Both the position numbers and the translations under genes were made by a program. Shown here in pieces: positions 1 to 7,297 of a DNA stretch of 20,348 bases. A model generated the notes under the pieces. The model was given only the letters and a program-made list of their open reading frames with translations. It ran no database searches and was not told the DNA's origin. This DNA comes from Thermovirgaceae bacterium (lineage in GTDB: Bacteria > Synergistota > Synergistia > Synergistales > Thermovirgaceae): assembly GCA_046542505.1 (NCBI GenBank), contig JBKHBH010000030.1:1-20348 (forward strand), read 5' to 3'. Every line of letters starts with the position of its first letter. Positions within the stretch are counted from its first letter, which is position 1.

Positions 1-25
1 TTTTTTGCGGGATTGAAATCCGACC

Positions 26-53
26 TTGACTGCACGAGAAGAAGGTATATTAT
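26..53 (+). promoter_or_regulatory. Putative sigma70-type promoter for the OmpA-domain gene
   Basis: TTGACT (26-31), a 16-nt spacer and TATTAT (48-53), about 160 nt upstream of the likely start codon. Confidence 0.4.
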
Positions 54-214
54 CCAGATAACACGTTAAATATTTCCTTTGTGCATTCTCGTTTCTCAAA
101 CTTCAAACCCCGGCATTTGAAGATTTTCAAAAGACTTGCCCATCAAGCACCAATGCATCGAGCGTGCCGAGGGTGCAACAGAAAGGATTCCCCGCAAGAG
201 AGGAGACGGTGTTT

Positions 215-1045
215 ATGTCATTGCTAAAGGCCGGTCGCATTCTTGGAGGTGCCGTGTTTTTTCTGGCGGTTTTCTTTGCCGTAGTCGAAGGCGCCCAGGA
301 GCATCCCTTCATCCGTCCCATTCCGGGTTTTTCTCTCACCGGAAGTGAATACGAAGATTACGGGGGCTTCGAATTCAAGGTGACTGGCAGTGATGGAAGC
401 GTCGAAAAAAAACGGGTCGCCGGCAAGCTCTGGGAGCTTATCTATGAATACGAGAAAGGGGACCGCGAATATTCGAGGCTGGAGATCGTCGAGAACTACC
501 GGAGGGAAGCGGTAGAAAAAGGCGGGAGAGTTCTCAGTGGCGACGACGTGGTTTTGGACTTCGCTGTGCCGCTTCCCGAAGGTGGGATGGCATGGGCGCA
601 TCTGCACACCTGGCGCAATTATTATGAACTGACAATTGTCAATGAGGAAGCCTTCGAAAAACAACTGACCTTCAGTGCTGAGGAGATGAAAGAAAAACTC
701 GAGACGGAAGGACACGTGGTTGTCTATGGTATTCACTTCGACTTCGACAAGGCGGACCTGAAAGTGGGATCCGAAAAGACACTCACGGAAATGATCAAGC
801 TGATGAAGGCGAATCCGGACCTTCGGGTGGAGATTCAGGGGCATACAGACAGCACCGGTGACCGGTCGTATAACCAGCGTCTTTCCGAGCGGCGTGCCAA
901 AACGGTGAAGGCCTATCTTGTCCTTTACGGGATTGATGCTTCACGCATGACCGTCCGTGGTTTCGGCCCGGACCGGCCTGTGGCGGACAACGACACCGAG
1001 AAGGGACGGGCGCTCAACCGGAGGGTGGAACTGAAACAGCTCTGA
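215..1045 (+). CDS. Exported OmpA/MotB-type peptidoglycan-binding domain protein
   Basis: The start was moved to ATG 215 because AGGAG lies at 201-205. The N-terminus is signal-like and hydrophobic. C-terminal OmpA_C motifs: IHFDFDKADL, VEIQGHTD, YNQRLSERRA, NRRVE. Confidence 0.9.
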   Translation: MSLLKAGRILGGAVFFLAVFFAVVEGAQEHPFIRPIPGFSLTGSEYEDYGGFEFKVTGSDGSVEKKRVAGKLWELIYEYEKGDREYSRLEIVENYRREAVEKGGRVLSGDDVVLDFAVPLPEGGMAWAHLHTWRNYYELTIVNEEAFEKQLTFSAEEMKEKLETEGHVVVYGIHFDFDKADLKVGSEKTLTEMIKLMKANPDLRVEIQGHTDSTGDRSYNQRLSERRAKTVKAYLVLYGIDASRMTVRGFGPDRPVADNDTEKGRALNRRVELKQL

Positions 1046-1097
1046 AGTGAAAATCGGGATGACAACACGTACAGGCCCTTGAGGGGAGGTCTTGAAA

Positions 1098-2717
1098 GTG
1101 ACAAGGGTACAAAGGGGTGTCGTGCTCCTGCTCGTGCTCGCTTTCCTTGCGGTTCCCTTGGCCACAGCCGCCGCCTCCGGATGCGAAAGGTGCCCGCGGC
1201 GCGCCTTTTTAAAGGAGGTGAAAAACCTCCACTCCCCTTCCCATGAACAGGACATGGAGGAATGGAACACCTGCATGGCAGGCCAGATGACCTATGAGAC
1301 CTTTGACCCCGGCGATGAGCAGTTCCGGAAAGCCCTCGCAGAGTGTGGTCCGGGGCCGGGAGAAACGCCGGTTATGTATCCCGGGCCGATAATGAGCTAT
1401 CTCAGTCAATTATTGAGGACCGGGTGCTTTGCAATGACGTGGCCCGGTGCACGTGTCTGTGAACTTTCCCCCGAATATTTCTTCACCGCTGAGTTCAACG
1501 CGAGTCCTTCTGGAAACGGCGGTTCCGGGAAACCCGTCAGGTCGAGGTTAACCATCAGGCTTTTTTACGATGGCGACAGGGTGGAAGAGGTTGATTCCTG
1601 GACTACGGAAAGCACCGCCAGGTCGGTGGATTCCCAGTACCGGCGGATGTTCACCAATGCTGATGCCGCCATGAAAAGAAGCGTTCCCCTGGAGGAAACC
1701 CTGTGGGATTTCGAACGGCAGCCCCTGTCCTGCTCTGTCACGGCGGAAAAGGGACGGATCTGGCCGGGGGAGACTGTCAAGATAATTCTCGATGACTTCA
1801 GGGACGAGAAGGGGCGACAAGCAAAGGATTTTCAACGAATCGTCGTCAGTGTCCGGGAGGGCCGGATCCTAAACGGCGATGACAGCCAATACGGTTTCCA
1901 GTCCAGGGTTTTCCGAGTCGACGGCGGACGAATCGAACTCGAATATGAGGCGCCTTACGTATGGAGGGACGAACAGGGCAGGGAACTCGTGACGGTCTAT
2001 AATTCCTGCGATATCGGCAAGACGTCGGTGAAACCCCTTTTCGAGACGGCCCGCGACAAGAAGATCGCGGAGCAAAAGCTGGAGATCAGAATGCCCGAAG
2101 GGGATCACATGGTCATCAATACTGCCTTTACAGAGAAAAGATCGTCCGAGGAAGTATGCAAGGCGTACTGGGAGGTACATCGTTTCGAAAAGCAACTGGA
2201 GTTCTCTGTAGTTTCGCCCCTTGAGTTCAAGAAAACACAGAAAGGAGTCAACAAGGACGAAATATGTGTTTACTATACGATAACTCAGCCACGGCTTGAG
2301 AATTTTCTGGGGAGTCTCACAGAAACTCTGGATGGAGAGGGCTATGACGGCAAAAGCTGGACAATGCGTGTCACCGGCAGGGCATCGAAGCCCTTCGGCG
2401 AGTTTCATCAGGGGGAACTGAAAATAGTCATGGAGAAAGATACAGGACGCATCAAACGGGTCGAGGTGCCGGATTATTCCGTGCCTATGGTGCTGAAAAT
2501 TTCATATTACCTAAAAAAGGTTGATGCCAACGGTGCTGTAGAAACGGAGACGAGAACCTACATGGATTCCCAGGACCTGGGTGTGGGTTGCATCATCGAG
2601 TTTCAGCCTCCACGCCCTCCGGGAGTTCTGCATGGCGAAGAGGTTCTCTTCGAAGACCCGAAAAATGGGGTGATCAGGAAAAGCACGTGGCGGGTTGTCC
2701 TTTCCAGTCAGCCGTGA
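1098..2717 (+). CDS. Exported hypothetical protein, Cys-rich
   Basis: Long ORF. GGAGGT at 1085-1090 fits a GTG start at 1098 better than TTG 1092. Signal-peptide-like N-terminus (VVLLLVLAFLAVPLATAAA) followed by CERC. No family recognised. Confidence 0.7.
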   Translation: MTRVQRGVVLLLVLAFLAVPLATAAASGCERCPRRAFLKEVKNLHSPSHEQDMEEWNTCMAGQMTYETFDPGDEQFRKALAECGPGPGETPVMYPGPIMSYLSQLLRTGCFAMTWPGARVCELSPEYFFTAEFNASPSGNGGSGKPVRSRLTIRLFYDGDRVEEVDSWTTESTARSVDSQYRRMFTNADAAMKRSVPLEETLWDFERQPLSCSVTAEKGRIWPGETVKIILDDFRDEKGRQAKDFQRIVVSVREGRILNGDDSQYGFQSRVFRVDGGRIELEYEAPYVWRDEQGRELVTVYNSCDIGKTSVKPLFETARDKKIAEQKLEIRMPEGDHMVINTAFTEKRSSEEVCKAYWEVHRFEKQLEFSVVSPLEFKKTQKGVNKDEICVYYTITQPRLENFLGSLTETLDGEGYDGKSWTMRVTGRASKPFGEFHQGELKIVMEKDTGRIKRVEVPDYSVPMVLKISYYLKKVDANGAVETETRTYMDSQDLGVGCIIEFQPPRPPGVLHGEEVLFEDPKNGVIRKSTWRVVLSSQP

Positions 2718-2810
2718 TACCAAAAGCCATGCACGTGTTTCCCGCTGCGCGGTTTGCAGTGTTGCCGCATCCTCATATTAAAAAGCACGTATCCCAGGCT
2801 GAAGACGCCC

Positions 2811-2848
2811 AAAAGTCCGGGCCCACATCACAGGGACCCGGACTTTTT
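2811..2848. terminator. Bidirectional intrinsic terminator between convergent genes
   Basis: AAAAGTCCGGG (2811-2821) is complementary to CCCGGACTTTT (2837-2847), with an inner CCC/GGG pairing and T-tracts on both strands. Confidence 0.8.
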
Positions 2849-2890
2849 GTATTTGTTGCATTGGTGTGTTCGTGTCTTCTGGAGCAGCGA

Positions 2891-3544
2891 TTACACGGAT
2901 CGGTGATAGACCAGGTCTGTAATGATCTTCCCGTTGTATTCCTCGTAATGGACGCCCGCCAGGGTGTAGTTCTGCTTCTTCCGGAAGGCCAGGGACGCGA
3001 AGTTCGGAACGGGGTCCACCACGGTTTCACCGAAAATGTCGTGGATTCCGCGGGCCCTGACATCTCGTATCAGCCTCCTGTAAAGCCTGCTGCCGATGCC
3101 GTGGCTCGTCAGATCTGCTCTGACGGCTGTCTTGTCCACGAGAATGAAATTTTGCGTTTTTCTCATGTCAAAACCGGGATGCCAGTGGATTTCATCGATC
3201 CAGCCGGGGTTTTTTGCGAGCCACTGCTTTTTCGTGTAGGCCATCAGGAAGCCAAGCAGCTCGTCTTCATTTTCTGCTTCTGCGATATAGAAATGGTCGA
3301 GTTCTAAAATCCTGCCTTTGAACATTGTCCTGTAGTAATTTGGATCAGACCTGTAGTCATCTATCAAAAACCCCTTGTAGGAATCTTTCCTGTTTTTCCC
3401 CACGGAGCAGGCGATGTTGTAGATCTGGTCAAGGTCTCCGATGGACGCCCTGCGAAGGAAAATCCGTTCGCCATGCCTGATTGGGAAAGGCTGAATCTTC
3501 CGGGTGGGTGCCTGCTGGTTAAGGGGCACAAGTGTTCTTTCCAT
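2891..3544 (-). CDS. GNAT family N-acetyltransferase (COG3818-like)
   Basis: Acetyl-CoA-binding motif A (VRADLTSHGIGSRLY) and a C-terminal DPVPNFASLAF motif. The start was moved to ATG 3544, 7 nt downstream of an AAGGAGGG Shine-Dalgarno. Confidence 0.8.
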   Translation of the reverse strand: MERTLVPLNQQAPTRKIQPFPIRHGERIFLRRASIGDLDQIYNIACSVGKNRKDSYKGFLIDDYRSDPNYYRTMFKGRILELDHFYIAEAENEDELLGFLMAYTKKQWLAKNPGWIDEIHWHPGFDMRKTQNFILVDKTAVRADLTSHGIGSRLYRRLIRDVRARGIHDIFGETVVDPVPNFASLAFRKKQNYTLAGVHYEEYNGKIITDLVYHRSV

Positions 3545-3723
3545 GTGCATACCCTCCTTCTCTGTCGTCTCAGGAAGGGGAGGTACACAAAGAGCGGCGA
3601 AAAAGCGGGCCGATTCTTTGTTTTCGGGAAAGAGGGAAAGGTTGCGCCCAAAAGCCGAAAGTCGCGGGTGCAAAGATCAAAACACCCAGTGGCATCTTGA
3701 TTTGATGTGCCGGATGGCTTTTT

Positions 3724-3848
3724 TTCCTCTTTCCACGCTTACGGGGTTAGCTGACGGATTCGGGTCGAAAGAGGCTGACCCTACCCACGAACGTGGGATT
3801 CACCCCTGTTGATCGGGTCCCCCGCTTCCTGAGGAATTCAGCGTACAA
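3724..3848 (-). ncRNA. Cyclic di-AMP riboswitch (ydaO/yuaA leader)
   Basis: The minus strand reads ACGCTGAATTCCTCAGGAAGCGGGGGACCCG...GGGGTGAATCCCACGTTCGTGGGTAGGGTCAGCCTCTTTCGACCCGAATCCGTCAGCTAACCCCGTAAGCGTGGAAAGAGG. This contains the hallmark ydaO blocks (GCTGAAT, GGGGGACCC, GGGGTGAATC, TAGGG, CCCGAATCCGTCAGCTAACC.CGTAAGC) in order, plus a CCTCTTTC/GAAAGAGG pseudoknot pair. Confidence 0.95.
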
Positions 3849-4126
3849 AGGTTTCTGGTGTTGCATGCTTCAGGAGATGTTTCCCCTCACACCGCTTCGT
3901 TTCATCTTTAAAACATGTTTCCGAAACCACAAAGAGTCGCGCTATCATGATGAAAGGTCTTGCGTTGCTCCATGTTGAGCCGGCGGACTTAATGTCCGGG
4001 TTCCAGCTTTTTTGACACGTCGGTTTTGTAGAAACGCCGGGTGATGCACTCAGGCAAGCTGGAAGTTTGCCTCACTAAAACATTGCCTGGTTCCTCTTTC
4101 TAAGGAGACAATTTCGAGTAAAGCGT

Positions 4127-4155
4127 ATTTTACCCCAAAACCCGACGGCAGGCAA
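4127..4155 (-). promoter_or_regulatory. Putative sigma70-type promoter for the riboswitch-GNAT transcript
   Basis: Minus strand TTGCCT (4155-4150), a 17-nt spacer and TAAAAT (4132-4127). It overlaps the terminator downstream of megL. Confidence 0.4.
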
Positions 4156-4189
4156 GCTGAGGGAGGAGAGAGAGTTGCCCGCCGCCGGG
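4137..4189 (-). terminator. Intrinsic terminator downstream of megL
   Basis: On the minus strand CCCGGCGGCGGGCAA pairs with TTGCCTGCCGTCGGG (15 bp including two G-U pairs that only form on this strand), followed by TTTT. Confidence 0.6.
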
Positions 4190-4210
4190 AAGCGCGGCGG
4201 GCACAAGGTT

Positions 4211-5392
4211 TCAATGCAACGCCGCAAAGGCGTTCTTCAGGTCCTCGATGAGGTCTTCGGGATCCTCAAGTCCCACGGAAAGCCTGATGAGGCCCTTGTC
4301 GATCCCTGCATCGGCGAGTTCCTCGTCACACAGGGCCGAGTGGGTCATGGATGCAGGGTGCTGGATCAGGGACTCAGCGTCTCCAAGGCTGACAGCAAGT
4401 GTCCAGAGGTGCGTATTCTCGATAAAGGTTTTTCCCGCATCGTACCCGCCTTCGAGCTCCACTGCAATGATGGCTCCGTAGTATTTCATCTGCTTTCCGG
4501 CAAGTGCCTTCTGTTCAAAGCTGTCGAGACCCGGGTACCAGACTTTCTTTACCTCGGGCCGTTCTTCCAGAAACCTTGCCACGGCGAGGGCCGTCTCGCA
4601 GTGCCGGGGCATCCGGACATGAAGAGTCTTCATCCCCCGCAGGAGCAAATAGGCATCGAAGGGGGAGAGCGTAGCTCCGGTGATGTCCTTGAGTCCTTCC
4701 GACTTGACTCTCTGGATAAAATCCTTTTTCCCCACCACGATGCCAGCGATCACGTCGCCGTGACCGTTCAGGTATTTGGTGGCCGAGTGGACGACCACAT
4801 CGGCTCCCAGGGAAATGGGGCGCTGGACAACGGGCGTGCAATAGGTGTTGTCTACCATGAGGATTGCTCCGCCTTCGTGGGCTATTTTCGCCAGTTCCTC
4901 GATATCTGCGATGTCCATGTTCGGATTTGCCGGTGATTCACAGTAGATAACCCTGGTGTTGGATTTTATGGCCCGCCTGACGGCACCGAGGTCACGGGTG
5001 TCAACAAAGGTCTTCTCTATGCCGTACCGGGGAAACTGGTGGTTGATCAGCGTATGGGTGCAGCCGTAGAGAGACCGGGCGGCGATAATATGATCTCCTG
5101 TGGAAAGGACGGTCCAAAGGGCCGAGGCAATGGCGCCCATTCCCGAGGCTGCGACGGCCGCCGCTTCCGCGCCCTCCAGGGCCGCGATTTTTTCCTCGAC
5201 GGCTGTGTGGTTCGGATTGCCCAGTCTTGTGTAAATGTAGCCCTCCTCTTCGCCCTTGAAGCGTTTCGCTCCTTCGTCGGCGTTCCGGAAAGCGAAAGTG
5301 GACGTCTGGTAGATGGGAGTGGACAATGCCCCGGTGACCGGTTCCGGATGAGTTCCCGTATGTACACATTGCGTATCAAAACGGTACGACAT
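4211..5392 (-). CDS. megL: Methionine gamma-lyase (Cys/Met metabolism PLP enzyme)
   Basis: Motifs PIYQTSTF, YIYTRLGNP, ASGMGAI, LYGCT (the Cys typical of MGL), HSATKYLNGHGD (PLP lysine), AVSLGDAESLIQHPASMTHS and IRLSVGLE. AAGGAGG RBS. Confidence 0.9.
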   Translation of the reverse strand: MSYRFDTQCVHTGTHPEPVTGALSTPIYQTSTFAFRNADEGAKRFKGEEEGYIYTRLGNPNHTAVEEKIAALEGAEAAAVAASGMGAIASALWTVLSTGDHIIAARSLYGCTHTLINHQFPRYGIEKTFVDTRDLGAVRRAIKSNTRVIYCESPANPNMDIADIEELAKIAHEGGAILMVDNTYCTPVVQRPISLGADVVVHSATKYLNGHGDVIAGIVVGKKDFIQRVKSEGLKDITGATLSPFDAYLLLRGMKTLHVRMPRHCETALAVARFLEERPEVKKVWYPGLDSFEQKALAGKQMKYYGAIIAVELEGGYDAGKTFIENTHLWTLAVSLGDAESLIQHPASMTHSALCDEELADAGIDKGLIRLSVGLEDPEDLIEDLKNAFAALH

Positions 5393-5432
5393 GGATTTTC
5401 CTCCTTGGAATACATGTTTGAAAACATTGTGT

Positions 5433-5441
5433 ATTATGACA
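5433..5441 (-). promoter_or_regulatory. Putative extended -10 promoter element for megL
   Basis: Minus strand TGTCATAAT (TGn + CATAAT), about 40 nt upstream of the start codon. Confidence 0.3.
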
Positions 5442-5496
5442 TGAAGGCATACCTGATTGCCAGAAGCAGGATGCCTTTCCGCTCAGGAGTTTCCTG

Positions 5497-5534
5497 AAAA
5501 GACGGGGCGGAAGAAAAAAGCCTTCCACCCGTCT
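5497..5534 (-). terminator. Putative intrinsic terminator downstream of glnA
   Basis: Imperfect stem AGACGGG..GGAAG / CTTCC.CCCGTCT just after the glnA stop codon, followed by TTTT on the minus strand. Confidence 0.5.
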
Positions 5535-5542
5535 GACCTGGA

Positions 5543-6973
5543 CTAGATGTGATAATATTTCCTGAATTCCTCCGGATGTGGGAGGCCGTTGACTTCATAG
5601 TGGTCCTTCAGTACGGCCCGTATCTGGTTTGTGATCATATTCTCGCTGAAAACCCCGTCCTTTGTGAGGAAATCGTGATCTTTCTCAAGGGCTTTCGCGG
5701 CTTCAAGGAGATTTGTCGGCAGGGCCCTGATACCGGCTTTCTCTTCTTCCGTCATGGTGTACAGGTCCCTGTCGATGGGGCCGAAACCCTGTTCTTGCGG
5801 GTCTATGCCCTTTTCGATGCCGTCAAGGGCGGCCAGGACGACAGCCGAGTAGGCGAGGTAAGGGTTGGCCGTTCCGTCAGGGGAACGGAGTTCGAAACGT
5901 TTTTCTTCCGGACGCGTGGCGTAGGCCGGAATCCGGATAACGGCGCTCCTGTTGGCTGTTCCGAAACAGATGTTCACAGGCGCCTCATAACCGGGCACGA
6001 GACGTTTATATGAGTTGGTGCTGGGGTTTGTAAAGGGCATCAGTGCCGGAGTATGCTTCAGAACCCCTCCGATGGCGTGCAGGGCGGTTTTGCTCAGACC
6101 GGAGTAACCGTTTTTATCGTAAAAGATGGGCTCGCCCTTGTGATGCATGAACAGGTGGATGTGTACGGAGCTCCCTGCCTCGAAGGCAAAGGGCTTGGGC
6201 ATGAATGTCACCGTCTTGCCGTGCAGATGGGCCTCGTTGCGCACGATGTACTTGACCTTTTGCGTGCCGTCGGCCATCGTGAGAAGAGTTCCGAAGCTGA
6301 CCTCGATCTCAACCTGGCCGGGGCCGCCGTTTTCTGAATGATGGTACTTGACGGGCACGCCCCGGCATTCAAGCAGGCGGGTGACTTCGTCCCGAAGGCT
6401 GTTGCTGCTGTCGAAGGGGTTGTCAAGGTGATAGCCGCCGCCTGGGGGTATGGTGAGGCCCGATCCTCCGTCTTTCAGGCCGGAATTCCAGTCGGCCTGG
6501 GAGGAATCCAGATAGACTTCCATGTGGTTGACGTCATTCCTGAAGGCCGCCTTGTCAAGAACGTAGAACTCAAATTCGGGGCCCAGAAAGATCTGGTCGG
6601 CAATATTCTTGTCAGCCAGAAGCTGTTCCGTTTTCTGGGCTATGAAGCGGGGATCGTCCTCGAACCTGACCCGATCACCCCCCTCAAGGCTGTAGATATT
6701 CGCGATCATGACGAGGGTTTTCCGCTCCGTGAAGGGATCTTCAAAGGCGGTGGAGAGGTCTGGGATGAAGACCATGTCCGATTTTTCCACGGTGAGGAAT
6801 CCGTAGCTCGAGCCGTCGAAGCCGATCCCGTCGGAAATCGACCTTTCATCGAAACGCTCAACGGGGATCGAAAGCTGGTGCCACCGCCCGGCCCTGTCGA
6901 CGATCTTGAAATTGATGGTTTCGACGCCTTCCGCTTCGCAGTACCTGAGAAGATCGTTGCATTCTGAAAACAT
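5543..6973 (-). CDS. glnA: Type I glutamine synthetase (glutamate-ammonia ligase)
   Basis: Motifs FDGSS, GPEFEFY, HHSE, TFMPKP, NSYKRLVPGYEAP, NRSAVIRIP, RFELRSPD and NPYLA; 476 aa. Confidence 0.92.
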   Translation of the reverse strand: MFSECNDLLRYCEAEGVETINFKIVDRAGRWHQLSIPVERFDERSISDGIGFDGSSYGFLTVEKSDMVFIPDLSTAFEDPFTERKTLVMIANIYSLEGGDRVRFEDDPRFIAQKTEQLLADKNIADQIFLGPEFEFYVLDKAAFRNDVNHMEVYLDSSQADWNSGLKDGGSGLTIPPGGGYHLDNPFDSSNSLRDEVTRLLECRGVPVKYHHSENGGPGQVEIEVSFGTLLTMADGTQKVKYIVRNEAHLHGKTVTFMPKPFAFEAGSSVHIHLFMHHKGEPIFYDKNGYSGLSKTALHAIGGVLKHTPALMPFTNPSTNSYKRLVPGYEAPVNICFGTANRSAVIRIPAYATRPEEKRFELRSPDGTANPYLAYSAVVLAALDGIEKGIDPQEQGFGPIDRDLYTMTEEEKAGIRALPTNLLEAAKALEKDHDFLTKDGVFSENMITNQIRAVLKDHYEVNGLPHPEEFRKYYHI

Positions 6974-7014
6974 GTACTAGCGCCCCTTTCCTGAATAGGG
7001 AAATATCCTGCAAA

Positions 7015-7023
7015 ATTGTAACA
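7015..7023 (-). promoter_or_regulatory. Putative extended -10 promoter element for glnA
   Basis: Minus strand TGTTACAAT, about 40 nt upstream of the glnA start in the divergent intergenic region. Confidence 0.35.
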
Positions 7024-7077
7024 GCAAGGATAAGCCTGTGACGGTGTATTCTTGTGACGTGAGGAGGTGTTGATTCC

Positions 7078-7272
7078 ATGCCTGTTGTCCGCGACGAACT
7101 CTGGTCCGGAAGGAGCAGGGACTTCAAGACTGATCTGGCCAAGGCCATTACCGACGTGGTCGTCGAAAAGACCGATTGCCCGGTGGAAGCGGTTACCGTG
7201 AAAATCGAGGAGTCGCCCATGGGGAATTGGGTCATCGGCGGGAAACCGGCACCCGAATTGCACGGATCATGA
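7078..7272 (+). CDS. 4-oxalocrotonate tautomerase family protein
   Basis: 64 aa. Starts Met-Pro (catalytic Pro-1), has GRS with Arg-11, LAKAITDVV and a W..GG C-terminus. GAGGAGGTG RBS. Confidence 0.85.
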   Translation: MPVVRDELWSGRSRDFKTDLAKAITDVVVEKTDCPVEAVTVKIEESPMGNWVIGGKPAPELHGS

Positions 7273-7297
7273 TAAAAGATGAGAGGAGCTGGGTCCA

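Noticed and set aside
1098..1190. Lipoprotein signal (lipobox) in the hypothetical protein
   Set aside because: ASGC lacks the usual L/V/I at -3 and follows an AxA-type signal peptidase I site, so lipidation is not supported.
2588..3307. 239-aa plus-strand ORF
   Set aside because: It is antisense to the GNAT gene, crosses a terminator and has no recognisable motifs.
3545..3673. N-terminal extension of the GNAT ORF as given in the track
   Set aside because: It lies in the riboswitch leader, and a strong SD supports a start at 3544 (3550 is too close to the SD).
3793..3978. 61-aa plus-strand ORF
   Set aside because: It overlaps the riboswitch on the opposite strand and has no clear RBS or protein-like features.
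5393..5542. SAM (S-box) riboswitch or T-box upstream of megL
   Set aside because: The conserved SAM-I and T-box blocks are absent. The 150-nt gap holds only short hairpins, a terminator candidate and a -10 element, which fits a catabolic enzyme.
6974..7077. GlnR/TnrA box upstream of glnA
   Set aside because: Only TGTNA half-sites are present; there is no TGTNA-N7-TNACA palindrome.
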